A DNA stretch of 64,000 bases, from positions 80,290,001-80,354,000 of the forward strand of contig OX597819.1 in the NCBI GenBank assembly GCA_951406725.2. The letters run 5' to 3'. Of this stretch, positions 26,730-41,499 are shown in pieces. Below the pieces are notes generated by a model that made no database searches, was not told where the DNA came from, and worked only from the letters and a program-made list of their open reading frames with translations. This stretch comes from Octopus vulgaris (taxonomy: Eukaryota). Each line of letters starts with the position of its first letter. Position 1 is the stretch's first letter. A program made the translations under genes and the position numbers.

Positions 26730-27665
26730 AAGAACGAAGAAAAAGAAATAAAAGAAGTAGAAGGAGAAGAAGAAGAAGAAGAAGAAGAAGAAGAAGAAGA
26801 AGAAGAAGAAGAAGAAGAAGAAGAGCAACAACAACAACAACAAAACAAGGGGAGGAAGAGGAAGGAGGAGGGTGAAGAAAAAGAAGAGGAAAAGAAGAAG
26901 AAGAAGAAGAAGAAGAAGAAGAAGGAGAAGAAGAAGAAGAAGGAAAAGAAGAAGAAGAAGAAGGAGAAGAAGAAGAAGGAAAAGAAGAAGAAGAAGCAGA
27001 AGAAGAAGCAGAAGAAGAAGAAGAAGAAGAAGAAGAAGGAAGAAGAAGAAGAAGAGCAACAACAACAACAACAAAACAAGGGGAGGAAGAGGAAGGAGGA
27101 GGGTGAAGAAAAAGAAGAGGAAAAGAAGAAGAAGAAGAAGAAGAAGAAGAAGAAGAAGGAGAAGAAGAAGAAGGAAAAGAAGAAGAAGAAGCAGAAGAAG
27201 AAGCAGAAGAAGAAGAAGAAGAAGAAGAAGAAGAAGGAAAAGAAGAAGAAGAAGAGCAACAACAACAACAACAAAACAAGGGGAGGAAGAGGAAGGAGGA
27301 GGGTGAAGAAAAAGAAGAGGAAAAGAAGAAGAAGAAGAAGAAGAAGAAGAAGAAGAAGAAGGAGAAGAAGAAGAAGGAAAAGAAGAAGAAGAAGCAGAAG
27401 AAGAAGAAGAAGAAGAAGAAGAAGAAGAAGAAGAAGAAGAAGAAGAAGAAGAAGAAGAAGAAGAAGAAGAAGAAGAAGAAGAAGAAGAAGAAGGAGAAGA
27501 AGAAGAAGAAGAAGAAGAAGAAGAAGAAGAAGCAGAAGAAGAAGAAGAAGAAGAAGAAGAAGAAGAAGAAGAGAAGTAGAAGAAGAAGAAGAAGAAGTAG
27601 AAGGAGGAAAAAAGGAGAAGAAAGAAAGAAGAACAACAACTTCAACAACAGCAACAACAACCACA
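26730..27665. repeat. Compound (GAA)n tract with a higher-order ~200-230-bp repeat
   Basis: The block GAGCAACAACAAC...AAAACAAGGGGAGGAAGAGGAAGGAGGAGGGTGAAG recurs at about 26823, 27054 and 27254. Confidence 0.9.
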
Positions 27666-28014
27666 ACGATAATATGTTAAATCAATGACAAATCCTTTAT
27701 TGAAAAGAAAATGAAAATCCGATAATGAAGAAAGAAAAAAAGGAAAACCGAAACGTCGAATTTGACAATCGTAACCATTTATTTGATGGCTGGTTGGCTG
27801 ATTCTTTGGTTCAATCCTCTGCGGTATAGAACAGCAATTGTCAATGATACGTTTGTAGCAATCAGATATGACAGTTTCCTGAGGTTTGTCTGTGCTTGCT
27901 GTTGGCCTTTTCCAACATGTCTATTTGAACGTGTTAATTACTTAAAGGCTGAAACAGAGGCGCCATCTTTGATTTGCTTGCTTTCTATAAGTCTTTGCAC
28001 ACACACAACATACA

Positions 28015-28047
<33 letters not shown>

Positions 28048-28217
28048 GCATGCATGCATACATACATACACATCTAGGTATGTGCATGTATATCTCATAC
28101 AAACACACACACACACATATACATATACAGTTATATATAGATATGTATGTGCGCTTGTAAGCGTATATATTTTTTTATACACACACACACACAAATATAT
28201 ATGTATATATATATATA

Positions 28218-28248
<31 letters not shown>

Positions 28249-28751
28249 GCGTACATATATGTATATATGTACATGTATGTATGTGTGTGTATGTATGTAT
28301 GTATGTATGTATGTATGTATGTATGTATGTATGTATGTCTTTATTCCTTTCTTTTATATCTCTCTTGGATTACAATTATCACCAGTTATGTATTGTTGTT
28401 TTGAATGTTGTTGTTGTTGTTGTTGTTGTTCTTCTTCTTCTTCTTCTTCTTCTTCCTCGTGTTTATTTATTGTAGTTGGTATTGTTGTGATTCTTGTTGC
28501 TTGTTTGTTGTTGTTGCTGTTATATTTTGAAAGGAAGTTACGGTGTCATGTGGTGGTTGGTCAGTAAACTTTGGTTTACTGACAGAAAAGATATGAGGCG
28601 GGATCGAATTTCAACGTAAGGTAGGAGGCATGGATAGGGAAGAAAGAGAGAGAGATGGAGGGTAGGAGAGAAAGTGAGGTGGGGAATATACTGATTGAGA
28701 TAATGACACCATTGTAGTAATGTATTGACGAAAAGATAAACGGTAAGAAGG

Positions 28752-28812
<61 letters not shown>

Positions 28813-29396
28813 TGATGATGATGATGATAATAATAAGAAGAAGAAGAGGAGGAAGAGGAGGTGAAAGAGGAGGTGTAGGAGGAGGATCACGACGATAATC
28901 ATTACCATTATCGTCATCAGTATAATCATCGTGAAGACGAATATAGAAAAGGGAGGAAGTAACAGTAGTGGTGGTGGTGGTGGAGGTGGTTGTGGGAGTA
29001 GTAATAATATTAGTTGTAGTTTTAGTGCTGATGCTAGTGCTAGAGCTTATGGTTGTCATGTTAGTAGTAATATTGGAATTTGTTATGTTGTTATTGGTGG
29101 TGATTTGAGGATCAATGTTAGTATTACTGGTACCTAGAATGAGAGTGGTTTTAGTGGTAGTAGTAGTAGTAGTATTAATAGTACTACTAGTAACATGTCT
29201 AGCTTTTGTAGTGGTGGTAGTAGTAGTTGTAGAGATAAGGTGGTAGTTGTGGTGGTGATAGTTGTAGTAGTAGTGGTGTTGGTGGTGATGGTTGTATGAA
29301 TAACAATAGTAATGGTAGTAGTGGTTATAGTAATAGTAGTAGTAGTAGTGGTGGTGGTGGTTCTATAAATATCAATAGCAATAGTAGTAGTAGTTA

Positions 29397-29447
<51 letters not shown>

Positions 29448-29839
29448 CATTAGTAGTGGTGGTGGTTGTATAAATAACAATAGTAGTAGTAGTAGTTTGT
29501 TTTTGTGGTGAAATATTAGTTATCACATATGCGCGCCTCTTCCAACATAGGATGCATGTGGTTGGAGCTTTACGTGTGACATATATGAGTTGGGGTGGAT
29601 ATAATATAGTGTGATGTATATGTGTTTGTGAGCATGTATTGCATTGAGAAATACGGATATACACAGAAACACGCGCGCGCGTACATGCACAGACTCACAC
29701 ATACATAGACACTCACATACACAAACAAACAGGCATATGTTTCGAGTAAAAAAATTCCACGTGGTGAATTGAAGTAAATAATATAAAAAGATGGAAAGAG
29801 TACAGAAATTTTACGTAGGAAAAATATCAATACTTTTGT

Positions 29840-30420
29840 GAAATAAAATATTTACATAGTCGACCGGTTTCGATTATGTTAATCATGACTAAGTAGTAAG
29901 CGATACTTTTAAAATGTCATGCTATCATACACAATTTTCATTTTATATTCGTAGGAGGATAGATATTTTGTAAATGAATGGGAGGTAAATAAATTTTAGG
30001 TAAATGAATGTTATTATTAGAAGTAGAAAAGATAATTACCTTTCTTTTGTGGAAAATGAATTGATTTCTGTAGATTAAAAGATATATATTTATGAACTAA
30101 TATATTCACGTAGTCCAAAATTGGTTATATATTCATATTCAGGCACGAGTGATATTTCTCAATAAATCTAGTCTATTTACTTAACTGTTGTTGTACAGAA
30201 GTTATTCTATTGCATTGGTATGCAGCGAAAAATTTTGAAGTTTGGTTGGAGAATCTTCGCACGTCTCACTATGTGTACGTTTAATAGTACTTGTTTATAT
30301 CTTGAGAGATGGATTTTTTCTATATGCAGTGTTGTTCTCCGCCCGGGTCTTAATTTTGTATATTAGTCCTTGATTAAAATGGAATTTCGAACCTTCTAGT
30401 AGGTTGGAACAAAGTGAAGA
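29840..30420 (-). mobile_element. Degenerate Penelope-like element 3' part with decayed hammerhead motif
   Basis: Minus-strand CSNLLEGSKFHFNQGLIYKIK and PNFKIF resemble PLE endonuclease-region text. Downstream: AGTC-ATGA-TTAACATAATC-GAAAC-CG-GTC-GACT at about 29858-29890. Confidence 0.55.
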
Positions 30421-31215
30421 AAGAAGACATTCTACGGAAAGGGTTAGTTAAAATTTGGAACAATTATGCAAAAACTTACATTCGAATTTTGTGAATAAAT
30501 TCGAAAAAAGAAAAATCCTCAAAAATTGAAACATAATGAAAATATGCCAACATCAACAGATTTAATTAAAAGCTGCATTAACCATATTTGGATTTTTAAA
30601 AAATTTAACGCTAGAAAATGTCGATTTCTGCAACATGCCTAAAAATAACAAGATAGAAATATACGAAGGATCGTAAATGTAAGTCTTAGATGGATGAACT
30701 CAACATGTGTAAATGTAAATCTATGATGTTTTGCTTATGTATATCGCCTGAGGCTTGTTACACTTTGAGTCCTGTTATTTTGCTTATGTTACATAGGCTA
30801 GACGTATCTTTTCAGCTTATGCTTTCTATGTTTTAAACTTTAATATGTTTATTCAAGTCGTCTGGGTTGTTGTCTTCTTTTATTAGTTGTTTGTATTTTC
30901 GTTGCGTATTCTTTCTTTTAACTCTCATTATTTCAGTGCCTCATATACTTTTCTAGTTTTAGGATACCATCTTAAATTATTTATTATGTTAAGGCCCAGA
31001 ATTACTTTTAAATTTATGCTATTTTTTCTCCAAATAAGTGTGCTTATGTGCTGTTGTAGTCTCGATGTGGTGTAGATTGTTGCTGTAAAATAGTTATGTA
31101 TTTTAAAAACGCATTTCTCTTGTGACCATTTACACATTTTCTGTTATACGCAGGCTTTTAAGAATAGAAACCAACATTTTGTTGGAGGTTTCACAATTAT
31201 CTTGAATACTATCTC

Positions 31216-31467
31216 ATTGGGTTGGTGCATAATTAGTGCGGCTTTTTTTCAACAAATGTTATTCAACGAAAACAATAACAATATTTATCAAATACATCTT
31301 TAAATGACGGTCTGACCATCTGCCAAGCAAATGGAAAGCAGTAATTGAAGTAGATGGTGAATATGCTCGGGAATAATCATTGAAAGATGTTTTTGTTATG
31401 TTTTTATTGTTTTTGTTGAATAAAATTTGTTGAAAAATTGCCGCAATAATTATGCACCCACCCAATA
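31216..31467 (+). mobile_element. Mariner-derived MITE
   Basis: TIRs ATTGGGTTGGTGCATAATTA / TAATTATGCACCCACCCAAT. The interior reads LPSKWKAVIEVDGEYARE*, a mariner C-terminus. Confidence 0.85.
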
Positions 31468-33503
31468 TTAAGAGTTGTTTCTGGTAAAACAGCGTTTTTG
31501 CAGGCTATTGTTTTTTATTTATTTATTTATATTTTTTGTTTTTTCTCTACAGAAAATTTATTGAAGGGATTCACCGTTTAACCTTGAAGTGTATGTTTTA
31601 TTTTATTTGAATCAATTACCATGTATTTTTGTGAAGGACTGGATATGTCAAGGAGTGGTCTGACTTGTGCTCATCAGTGTATTTACACCTGATAGCTAAT
31701 CGTTTATTAGTGCGAACATTCGCAATATATTATTAAATGAGAGAAAAATTAATATTTTACTGATAATTTAATGTATTACATACACAATTATCCTTCAACA
31801 TTTCGCTCATTTGTTACAGATTTTCTTCGTAATTTCATGGACATTAATTGATATTTCATCGGTGCAGTGAAGTAACGATGTCTTCATGTTTGTCTGTTGT
31901 TATTCTTTATTTGTCAATGATGGAGTTCGTCTTCTTTTTCTTGTTATTTATTCTTATTCTTACTCTTATTCTTCATATCGTTATTATCAGCCCGATGGAC
32001 GACAGATTCGCTAGGGCGCCTGAAAACTGATGTCAGCCATATTTTCATTATTTTGGAGTCTAATTTATACCAGTCATGTGCTGAAAGCATGTTTTGATTG
32101 CTTTGCTATGTGGCTATATGTGGATATAATGTATTTGTGAGTACGTCTTTGCTAATAAGCCGGAATATCTTTGCTATGAATGTAGTACAGCACAACACTA
32201 GGAAAGGTGCATACAGTGTACTTAAATGTGGATCTTACATTCGTTTTATAGAGAGTCTCCAGCTGCTCAGGTCTGAAGTATTTCAATATTTACTGGGCAT
32301 GAAGAATTTTGGGGATTTTAATGTTATATAATTGTGCACAACCACATTTAATACGTTCGTGTGTACTCAAACGTTGGAAGACCCTTCACTGCGGAAATAG
32401 TCGTGAGAGAAAATTCTTCTCACATAAAAAATACGCAGAAGCACAATAGGATAAAAGGACGCACGCATTTCTGCGTCATTGCACGTTGTCAGTTACGAAT
32501 GCCGAATTCTTCTTTCACAGCTTCGCAAGAGTGGTAGTTCGTATTTATAAAAGTAAACAGTAACACTTGGTCATGGAATTGAATAATAAGAGTTACACGA
32601 AGTAGCTTTGAATAAAATATAATTGCGTGCAAAATTTTATGCGTTTGGTTGCACTCAGATGTGGGAAGACTTTTAACCGGAGAAGTAGACCCTGGAGTAA
32701 ATTATCCTCTCGAACAAAATATGTGAAAACAAATCAGGATATGAATATCGTCAGCGGATCGTAGGACGTATGCATATGTATACATGCGTGTGTATCATCA
32801 TATTTGGGTCGTGTTTGTCATTCATCGCCACTTGACAGGCGGTATTAGTTTCTTTAGGTCTGCATAACATGGCGGCCCGGCAAAACATCGATAGAATAAC
32901 TACTTAACTTTAAGAAACTAATTACCGGAATCAATTTGTGAGACTAAACCTTTGAAAGCAGTGCCCAGCATGGCTACAGCCGAAGACTGAACCAAGTAAA
33001 CAATAAAAGTGAGTATATTTTTCGTCACGATTCCCCGTTGATTGCATTTTTCCAAATTTTCCTCATGGATATATTGTTTTCTTATATCACATCTAAGTCA
33101 ATATTTGTATCTCAACCTAATAAAAATACCTGAAATATTTGTGTACGTTCTTCAAGTCTTCGGAGAATCTAGAATAAGACTGATTCTTTGATATCTACAG
33201 TGATTCTATTTTGGTGTTTTGATGTCTCTGCTCATGGAAGTTCTTAAATTTTGGTAAATATATGGCACTTGGAAGACTAGAATTATGTGTGTTTAGATAT
33301 ATGGTGAAGAGGATAGGAGATGAGGAGAGCAATATTCATAGAATGAGGGCTGAAAGACAGCCTCGACACCGGTTTTGCACTAAGATATACATGCATTATA
33401 AAGTACGTACATACATAGCCATAGACACACACACACACATATATATATATATACACACATACATATATACATGTATACATGTATGTATATCCATATATAT
33501 ATG

Positions 33504-33556
<53 letters not shown>

Positions 33557-33963
33557 GCATACATACATACATGCATACATACATATGTATGATTACTTAG
33601 ATATACACCATACATACACACAGAGAGCATGAGCGGAGAGAGAGGAGCCCTTGAAGTACCTGTTCAGAAGACTAGAGTTCGGCCACCTAGGACTCGTTGT
33701 ATCAGATACAAAATTATATGCCAGTGCGTATGTGTTTGTGTGTCTGTTTGTGCGTATGCGTGCGTGTCTTTTGTTTTCGCATGTGCGTTTATATGTATTA
33801 TCTATGAGATTCTCTTTTTCTTTCATTTCCATTGAAATTTGTAAATTTAAGCAAATATTTTCAAAATAAACACCCCGGTCTATTATGACACAAGAAAATA
33901 TTCGCTTACCCTAAAACCTAAGGAAGACTTCCATATTCCTTTCAAGATTGTCTTTAAGATAGT

Positions 33964-34146
33964 TTAATACAATGTTGACGTTTCACAGCCATACAGCAAA
34001 CCAGAAATAATGCGTATATTGAAATTACAATGAAGGTTATAATTTTCCAAAAGATATGCATGATTTTTTTGCATACCATTTGTAAATTCGCAATACTTGT
34101 TATATTCGGTAGAATTTTTACGATACAGAGTTATTGTAGGATCCAC
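33964..34146 (-). mobile_element. Possible RTE-type LINE remnant
   Basis: IISGLLYGCETSTL resembles the RTE post-RT motif LLYGCETWTL. Confidence 0.4.
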
Positions 34147-34543
34147 ACAAGAATTTCATAACACAAGGCTGATCTTATACGGAACGAAAGTGTTATCAAG
34201 ATTTATTGTGAGGCGTAACATATTATATACCAATGAAATTTTATGCATTTAGGGGGTTTGAAGACTTTTTCTTTGCGGCTGATAATATCTCAGTCATCAG
34301 TGTACAAGAGGTCTCTTATCAGGTTGTGAGATTTGAAATAAAGTCGTTCAAGATTGAAAAACTAACTCTCCATTTTTACGGTAAAACAGCCTCAGAGCAA
34401 TGTGTGTGAACGTGTGTGAATGTGTAATGCATTGATGTATATGTGTTTCTATATACTTCACAATAACATCATGTGTGAATACACACACACACACACAGAC
34501 ACACATAGAATGCTCATTTATGTATATATCATGAATGTGTGTG

Positions 34544-34617
<74 letters not shown>

Positions 34618-34667
34618 CATATACATATATATACATATATATGTAAGTACATATATATTTTTTTTTT

Positions 34668-34875
34668 TTTACTTGTTTTAGTCATTTGACTGTGGCCTTG
34701 TTGGGGTATTACCTTGAAGAATTTTAGTCGAACAAATCGATGCCAGTATATATTTTTAAAGCCTAGTACTTATTCTGTCGGTGTCTTTTGTCGAACCGCT
34801 AAGTTACGGGAACGTAAAGACACCAATACCGGTTGTCTAGCGGTGATGGGATGGACAAACACAGGCACAAGGGCA
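34668..34875 (-). mobile_element. SINE family A-type 3' half
   Basis: TTACTTGTTTTAGTCATTTGACTGTGGCC...AGTACTTATTCTGTCGGTGTCTTTTGTCGAACCGCTAAGTTACGG is the reverse complement of the 47270-47435 tail. Confidence 0.75.
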
Positions 34876-34949
34876 CACATAAATAGATATGTACCTATAC
34901 ACATACATGTTTATATATATACATGTGTGTGTGCGTGTGTGTATGAGTA

Positions 34950-35022
<73 letters not shown>

Positions 35023-35619
35023 CGTGCGTGTGTGTGTCTGTGTATGAAGCAGACTAAAACAAAGATAGGTCAGAAATGGATAGAGAATGGAAGAATGCTT
35101 GTGAAAATGTAGAGCGAAACGTTGGGAAGATAAAATATCTTCTTAAAAGAGTATTGCAAACCTAATTTTATCAAATAAGTTAGGAGTGTAGTAATAAAAT
35201 TTCCATTAAATTATTAAAACAATAAGGCTGGTTTTAAAATAGCGGGTAAAAGCACGAATACGACGAAGTTTTTGAGAAGTTAGTGAGACACTATATCTTA
35301 CAGTATCTAAACGTGTTAACGCTATGCACGCATAACTGATATCACTGAGAGTGAGAAATATTGGAAGTGTGAAGCGGAGGGTCGGGTGTCGAAAAGTAAA
35401 TTGGGACTGATAAACTACACGGAAGGGCAGTGCAGCATAAGAATGAGATAAATGTTCAATATAAATAAATATACCTTAAATGAAAGGAAAATGACGTAAA
35501 TGGCAAAAATAGATAAAGTATATGAAAAATAGGATGTTAAGATTTCCAACATTCAAATTGTTCTTTATTTTGCCAGCTTCCGCCTATGGCTATTCCACTT
35601 ACATTTTTGTATTGCTTTC

Positions 35620-35840
35620 GCTTGGCAGAAACGTTAGCACGCCGGGCGAAATGCGTAGTCGTATTTCGTCTGCCGTTACGTTCTGTGTTCAAATTCCGCC
35701 GAGGTCAACTTTGCCTTTCATCCTTTCGGGGTCGATAAATTAAGTACCAGTTACGCACTGGGGTTGATGTAAACGACTTAATCCGTTTGTCTGTCCTTGT
35801 TTGTCACCTCTATGTTTAGCCCATTGTGGGTAATAAAGAA
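35620..35840 (+). mobile_element. SINE family B (Meta-domain-like), well preserved
   Basis: TGGCAGAAACGTTAGCACGCCGGGCGAAATG...GTTCAAATTCCGCCGAGGTCAACTTTGCCTTTCATCCTTTCGGGGTCGATAAATTAAGTACCAG. Confidence 0.8.
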
Positions 35841-36124
35841 ACATATATTGTATTCCATTATTACATGCATTTATTTATGTATTAATTAATTAATTTGTTT
35901 GTTTGTTTGTTTGTTTGTTTGTTTGTTCATCTATTTGTTCAATAAATTACTATTTTATTAGCCCTTATTTTATCGGTTGTTTGCAGCGATATCAACTTTC
36001 AAATAAAGAGTAATATTTATTCAACGTGGAACTCGAGAGCAAAAGTTGCGAAAATTCATTTCTTTAGTTGCTGCAGTTGTTGTTGATGTACTGTGTATGT
36101 GTATGTGTATGTGCATGTGTATGT

Positions 36125-36455
36125 AGGGTAAAGACTTCCTTCGGTATTGAATGGCCAAAGGATTGCACCTAGAAAGTTCCCCTCCGCAAGTCTGTGCAAG
36201 GTTGTTTATGGAAGACCAGCAACCACCCATGCATACCGGCGTCCCCACTCCACGCCACCAATATTATCCAAGAGAAAGGCAAATGCTGATACAACAAAAC
36301 ACAAGTGAGGTCGCAACTCATTTCTACAGCTGAGTGAACTGGAACAACGTGAAATAAAATGTCTTGCTCAAGAACACAACACAGCCCGGTCCGGAAATCG
36401 AACTCACTACCTCATGATTGTGAGCCCGATGCTCAAAACACTTGTGCGCCTTCAC
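36125..36455 (-). mobile_element. tRNA-derived CORE-like SINE (family D)
   Basis: Minus strand GAGGTAGTGAGTTCGATTTCCGGACCGGGCTGTGTGTTGTGTTCTTGAGCAAGACATTTTATTTCACGTTG (B box plus CORE-like domain). Confidence 0.7.
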
Positions 36456-36661
36456 ACGCACACATGAACCGTTAATCCCAAAACATTTTTCTCTCCCCGT
36501 TTTTTGTTTCGTTCTCTCGCCATATTTTCCCTCTCAATCATTTCTTTCAAAGAGCACAAGCGCGATACGTCAAAGACATTTCCATTCTTCCCGACCGTCA
36601 AATTAATACGCCTGCTTGTTGTCCCCTCACCTGTTTTGATCTTCTATTTTCTGTAAATTTG

Positions 36662-37220
<559 letters not shown>

Positions 37221-37599
37221 CAAATAAAAAAAACGAAGTACAAGTACAAAAAACAAAACACGAGGACGTGGTACATGCAAAGTATTAGCAGACGTTCAGG
37301 GAAAGAAAGATGGTATAACGTTTCGAGCAAAGAAAATAGAAAAGGAAGACGGAGGAAAAAAATTGCCAATGATTCACACACACACACAATCTCATTTGCG
37401 GACCCATGAAAAACGAAACTCTACTTGCTACTTTACTTATCTATCTGTGCATAGCTGTCAATGCTTTGTATGCAATAAGGTCTGCAAATCTAACAGAGGC
37501 CTCAAAAGACCATTTAAGATCCACAAAGATACGAACTTAACTGCAGCTCTTGATGCTCCAAAGCAGATATGAAATTTGTGTGGGTGTTTTATATGTATA

Positions 37600-38670
37600 T
37601 ATAAAGAGAAATGGGTACAGTGAACTTGCAGTGAGGAGTGGAATATCCAACGTTTCGGATTGGATCCATCGTCACGGGACAGAGTAAAGAGAAGTAAAAT
37701 AGAAAAAAGTCAAACAAGGTTTACCGTATTCCACTCTCTCTCTCACTTACCACCCGTCCCTCCTCCCTCTAAATCACAAACTCACCCACAACTTTTGCAT
37801 TCTTCTTTCAGCCCCAACAACCGCCCCTATTTTTCCACACCGCCTCACCTGCCTTATAAAAAAGATAGGACTCTTAGAAATCTCCTTGTTAGAACCTTTA
37901 CAGCTTCCAGCTCCGCACAACCTGGAACATTTAAATGTTCTCGCCGACGATTTAACACATGTTACTACATCATGGGGCTCCATCACCATCACGGGACTCA
38001 AGAAAGAATATCACATAACAGCCCACTTCTGTTGCACTTCGGCGAATCTCATATATTGTATCATATACAAACTCTGCGGTGCTCTTTACATTGAAGAAAC
38101 AGTGCGACGCCTAGAGGATCGCTTTCGCGAACACATCAGAAGCATAATGCTACGAATACCAGGCCAAACAGTCGCCATCCACTTCAACGCTATGAACCAT
38201 TCCATTGCGGAACTATCTGTGTATGGCCTGGCCTTGCACCACGGACCCTGCTTCTCTAGGAAACAAAAGGAGCAACGTCTCATATTTGATCTTTGCACTA
38301 TATCCCCAACAGGTATGAAAAAACATTTTTCTTTTCATCCTTTCACCTCCTCTTAATTCTTTTTTTACACCTTTTAATCCCCTTCCACCCTTTCTCTGCA
38401 ACATTCCTGTATTTACTTACCTATACTCTCTCCATTCTCCTTTTCCTTCTCCTTTCTGAACGTCCTCTCCTATAACTTCTGTTTCACTTTAGAAGCCCGT
38501 GTTATTCTGCGTCCATTATCAGTTGCAGCCAGTTTTTCAATGTGAGAGGATGCAAACTCTTTTTTCTCTTTTTCTCTACCCTCTGACGAAGAATTTGAAT
38601 CCGAAACGTTGGATATTCCACTCCTCACAGCAAGTTCACTGTACCCCTTTCACGTTTTTCTATATTTTTT
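37600..38670 (+). mobile_element. Penelope-like element 3' fragment: GIY-YIG endonuclease pseudogene, hammerhead-like motif and inverted terminal copy
   Basis: RTLRNLLVRT...PGTFKCSRRR then ITAHFCCTSANLIYCIIYKLCGALYIEETVRRLEDRFREHIRSI...VAIHFN...EQRLIFDLCTISPTGM. CTGACGA...CCGAAACGTT at 38583-38610, with an inverted copy at about 37614-37680. Confidence 0.88.
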
Positions 38671-38932
38671 CCAAGTCTTGCTGATGCAGATCTACTAGAT
38701 TATTGCCTGATTATATATGTAGAAGACACTTTCCCAAAGTGTCACGCAGTGGGACTGAACCCGGAACCATGTGGTTGGTAAGCAAGCTACTTACCACAGT
38801 AAGTAAAATTGTGATGATGCTGATGGCGCTACCCCAGTGGTGCAAAACCAGAACCAGATGGTTTGAAACTCTGAAAATAGTATATTTTAAAAATGGTAGA
38901 TTACCGTTCGTTTCTTTCAATTATCTGAGCAA

Positions 38933-38983
<51 letters not shown>

Positions 38984-39359
38984 AACACATGCGCACACAC
39001 ATACATATGCACAAAGGCAAAGAAAATTATTCGCAAATTACTCTGTCACGCCATGTTGGCTTCGTAAATCTGCATAAAATTTGTTTGAAAAGCCATCATA
39101 AACATATTTTTACTGTTCAATGCTAATTTAAGCATTTCTAAAAAGAAAATCAAACACACTTCAATATTCAAACCAATAAATCTGCACTAAAAAGAGCACA
39201 GAGCTTGTATTATCACATCGATTTCCTACGACAGTATCGCGGTCGTATATGACAACAGTATCATCATCGTCATTGGCAGCAAATGCAGAACCAGCAGCCG
39301 CAGAAGTAGCAAAGCGAGCAGTATTTCCGCGCTTCCATTCAACAACATTGACATCATTT

Positions 39360-39392
39360 CCGTCATCATCATCATCGTCATCATCATCATCG

Positions 39393-39436
<44 letters not shown>

Positions 39437-39888
39437 GTCGTCGTCGTCCTCGTCATCGTCGTCATCATCATCATCATCATCATCATCATCGTCGTCGTCT
39501 TCGCCTTCGTCATCGTCGTCATCATCATTCTCGTTGTCGTTGTCGTCGTCGTCATCATCGTAGTCATCGTCATCATCGTAGTCATCGTCATCATTGTCAT
39601 CGTCGTTATAATCATTATCATCATAATTGTCGTCGTCGTCGCCGTTGTCGTCGTCATCGTCATCGTCTTCGAAGTTGTTACTGTCGTTATTGTCATCACC
39701 GCCGTCGCTGTCGCCGTCTCATCACCGTTGTCATTGTCATCATCATTGTTACCATAATCATCGTCGTCATCATTCACTTCGTTGTCGCTGTCGTTATCAT
39801 CATCTTCGCCGTCATCGTCGTCGTCGTTGTTGTCCTCGTCGACGTAATCGTCCTCTTTTTCGAGGTCGTCGTTTGTCAACGTCACAAC

Positions 39889-39943
<55 letters not shown>

Positions 39944-39944
39944 G

Positions 39945-39976
<32 letters not shown>

Positions 39977-40049
39977 GTCGTCATCATCATCATCATCGTC
40001 ATCATCATCACCATCACCATCAGTATCATCAACAACAACGACAACGACG

Positions 40050-40088
<39 letters not shown>

Positions 40089-40110
40089 GCAGCAGCAGCA
40101 GCGACAACAA
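39360..40110. repeat. (CAT)n/(CGT)n/(CAA)n low-complexity tract
   Basis: Degenerate trinucleotide repeats. Similar tracts at 28750-29500 and 43590-44930. Confidence 0.9.
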
Positions 40111-40429
40111 CATAAGCGGCGGTAGAAGAAGCAGCAGCTTCGTTACTGTTCCGAACAATATCAATTCTACCAAAACAGAAAAGAAAGAAAAATAAAGAAA
40201 GAGCGCAAATATATTTTAGTCAATATATTTTAAAATAACAAAAATGCAAGAAATATTTAGAGCCAAAACAATACTAGCGCATACGTATGCATGTACAAAC
40301 ATAGACTTATGCACGACGAGCATACACATGCGCGCGCACATGCATGCACATGAACATATTCATATATATATATACACATACAAGCATACATATATATATA
40401 TATATATATATACATATACATACATACAT

Positions 40430-40478
<49 letters not shown>

Positions 40479-41499
40479 CATATATGTGTGTGTGTTTCAG
40501 TGTGTGTCTGTGTGAGTGTGTGTGTTTGTTTGCCATCATGGCTTGACAACCAGTGTTGGTACATTTAAGTCTCCGCCTCGTAGCGATTCAGCAAAAGAGA
40601 CCGATAGAATAAGCTTCAGAGTTTAAAAATGTAAGTACTAGTCGATTAGTTCGACCCAATTTTTTCAAGCCGATGCCTCAAATACACACACACACAAGCT
40701 CGCACACACACACATATACATATACTCTTAACCTTTCTGTCCCATCCCTTTCTTAGCCTTCATTCTTTGATTTCCTTTTCCTCTACTTAACTTGTCTGTT
40801 CCTCTCTCTCATTCTTCACTCTCTCTCTCTCCCCCTCTCCATTCTTCCTGGTTTCCTCGCAGCCATTCCCCTTCTTCTCTCCCTTTCTCTTGCTCCTCCT
40901 CCCCCCTTCCCGTCGTTCACCCGCGACGTGACTTCCGCTGCTGTCTCTCTGGCTTGGCCCTCTCAAGGTAATGGACGACATTCTTTTTGCTCCGCTCGTC
41001 GTTCATAAAAAATTCCGCGTTCGCAATACTTATTTTCGTTCGGCGTTAACAGCCCTTCTTATCTTGTTTTTCGTTGTCCTTTTACTGTTTATAATTTGTA
41101 CTGTCGTTACTGTCCTGTTTTTGTTACCATTTTTTACCCCTCTGCGAAAAGATCTCAGAATTTTAATTGATTTGCTTTTCGCAGGAAGGAAAGTTTCTTG
41201 TCGAAGATACGTCTCGCTTTTATCCTTCGAAACGTAGAGTTGATGAAACCATAGCGACTGAAGAAGGGGTTTTTTCTTTGTGCTAATTGTCCTGTACTCT
41301 ATATTTTTGTTGTTTTTAAAAAAATGTCCAGTTCCTTTGGTTTGTGTCTATGTTTTCGTTTCTCATTGTGTTCGACGTCCTTTTGGTGTCCTGTACTCAT
41401 ATATGCGTGTATATGTACATGTAGAGGTAGGTACGTACATATATGTTTATATATATGCATATGTTTAATTTATTTATTAATATATATATATATATAATA

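Noticed and set aside
27718-27760. ATGAAGA...CCGAAACGTCG hammerhead-like string
   Set aside because: There is no stem II pairing, and it lies in purine-rich low-complexity sequence.
31988-32040. CCGATGG...GAAAA...GTC hammerhead-like string
   Set aside because: Several core deviations and no consistent stems.
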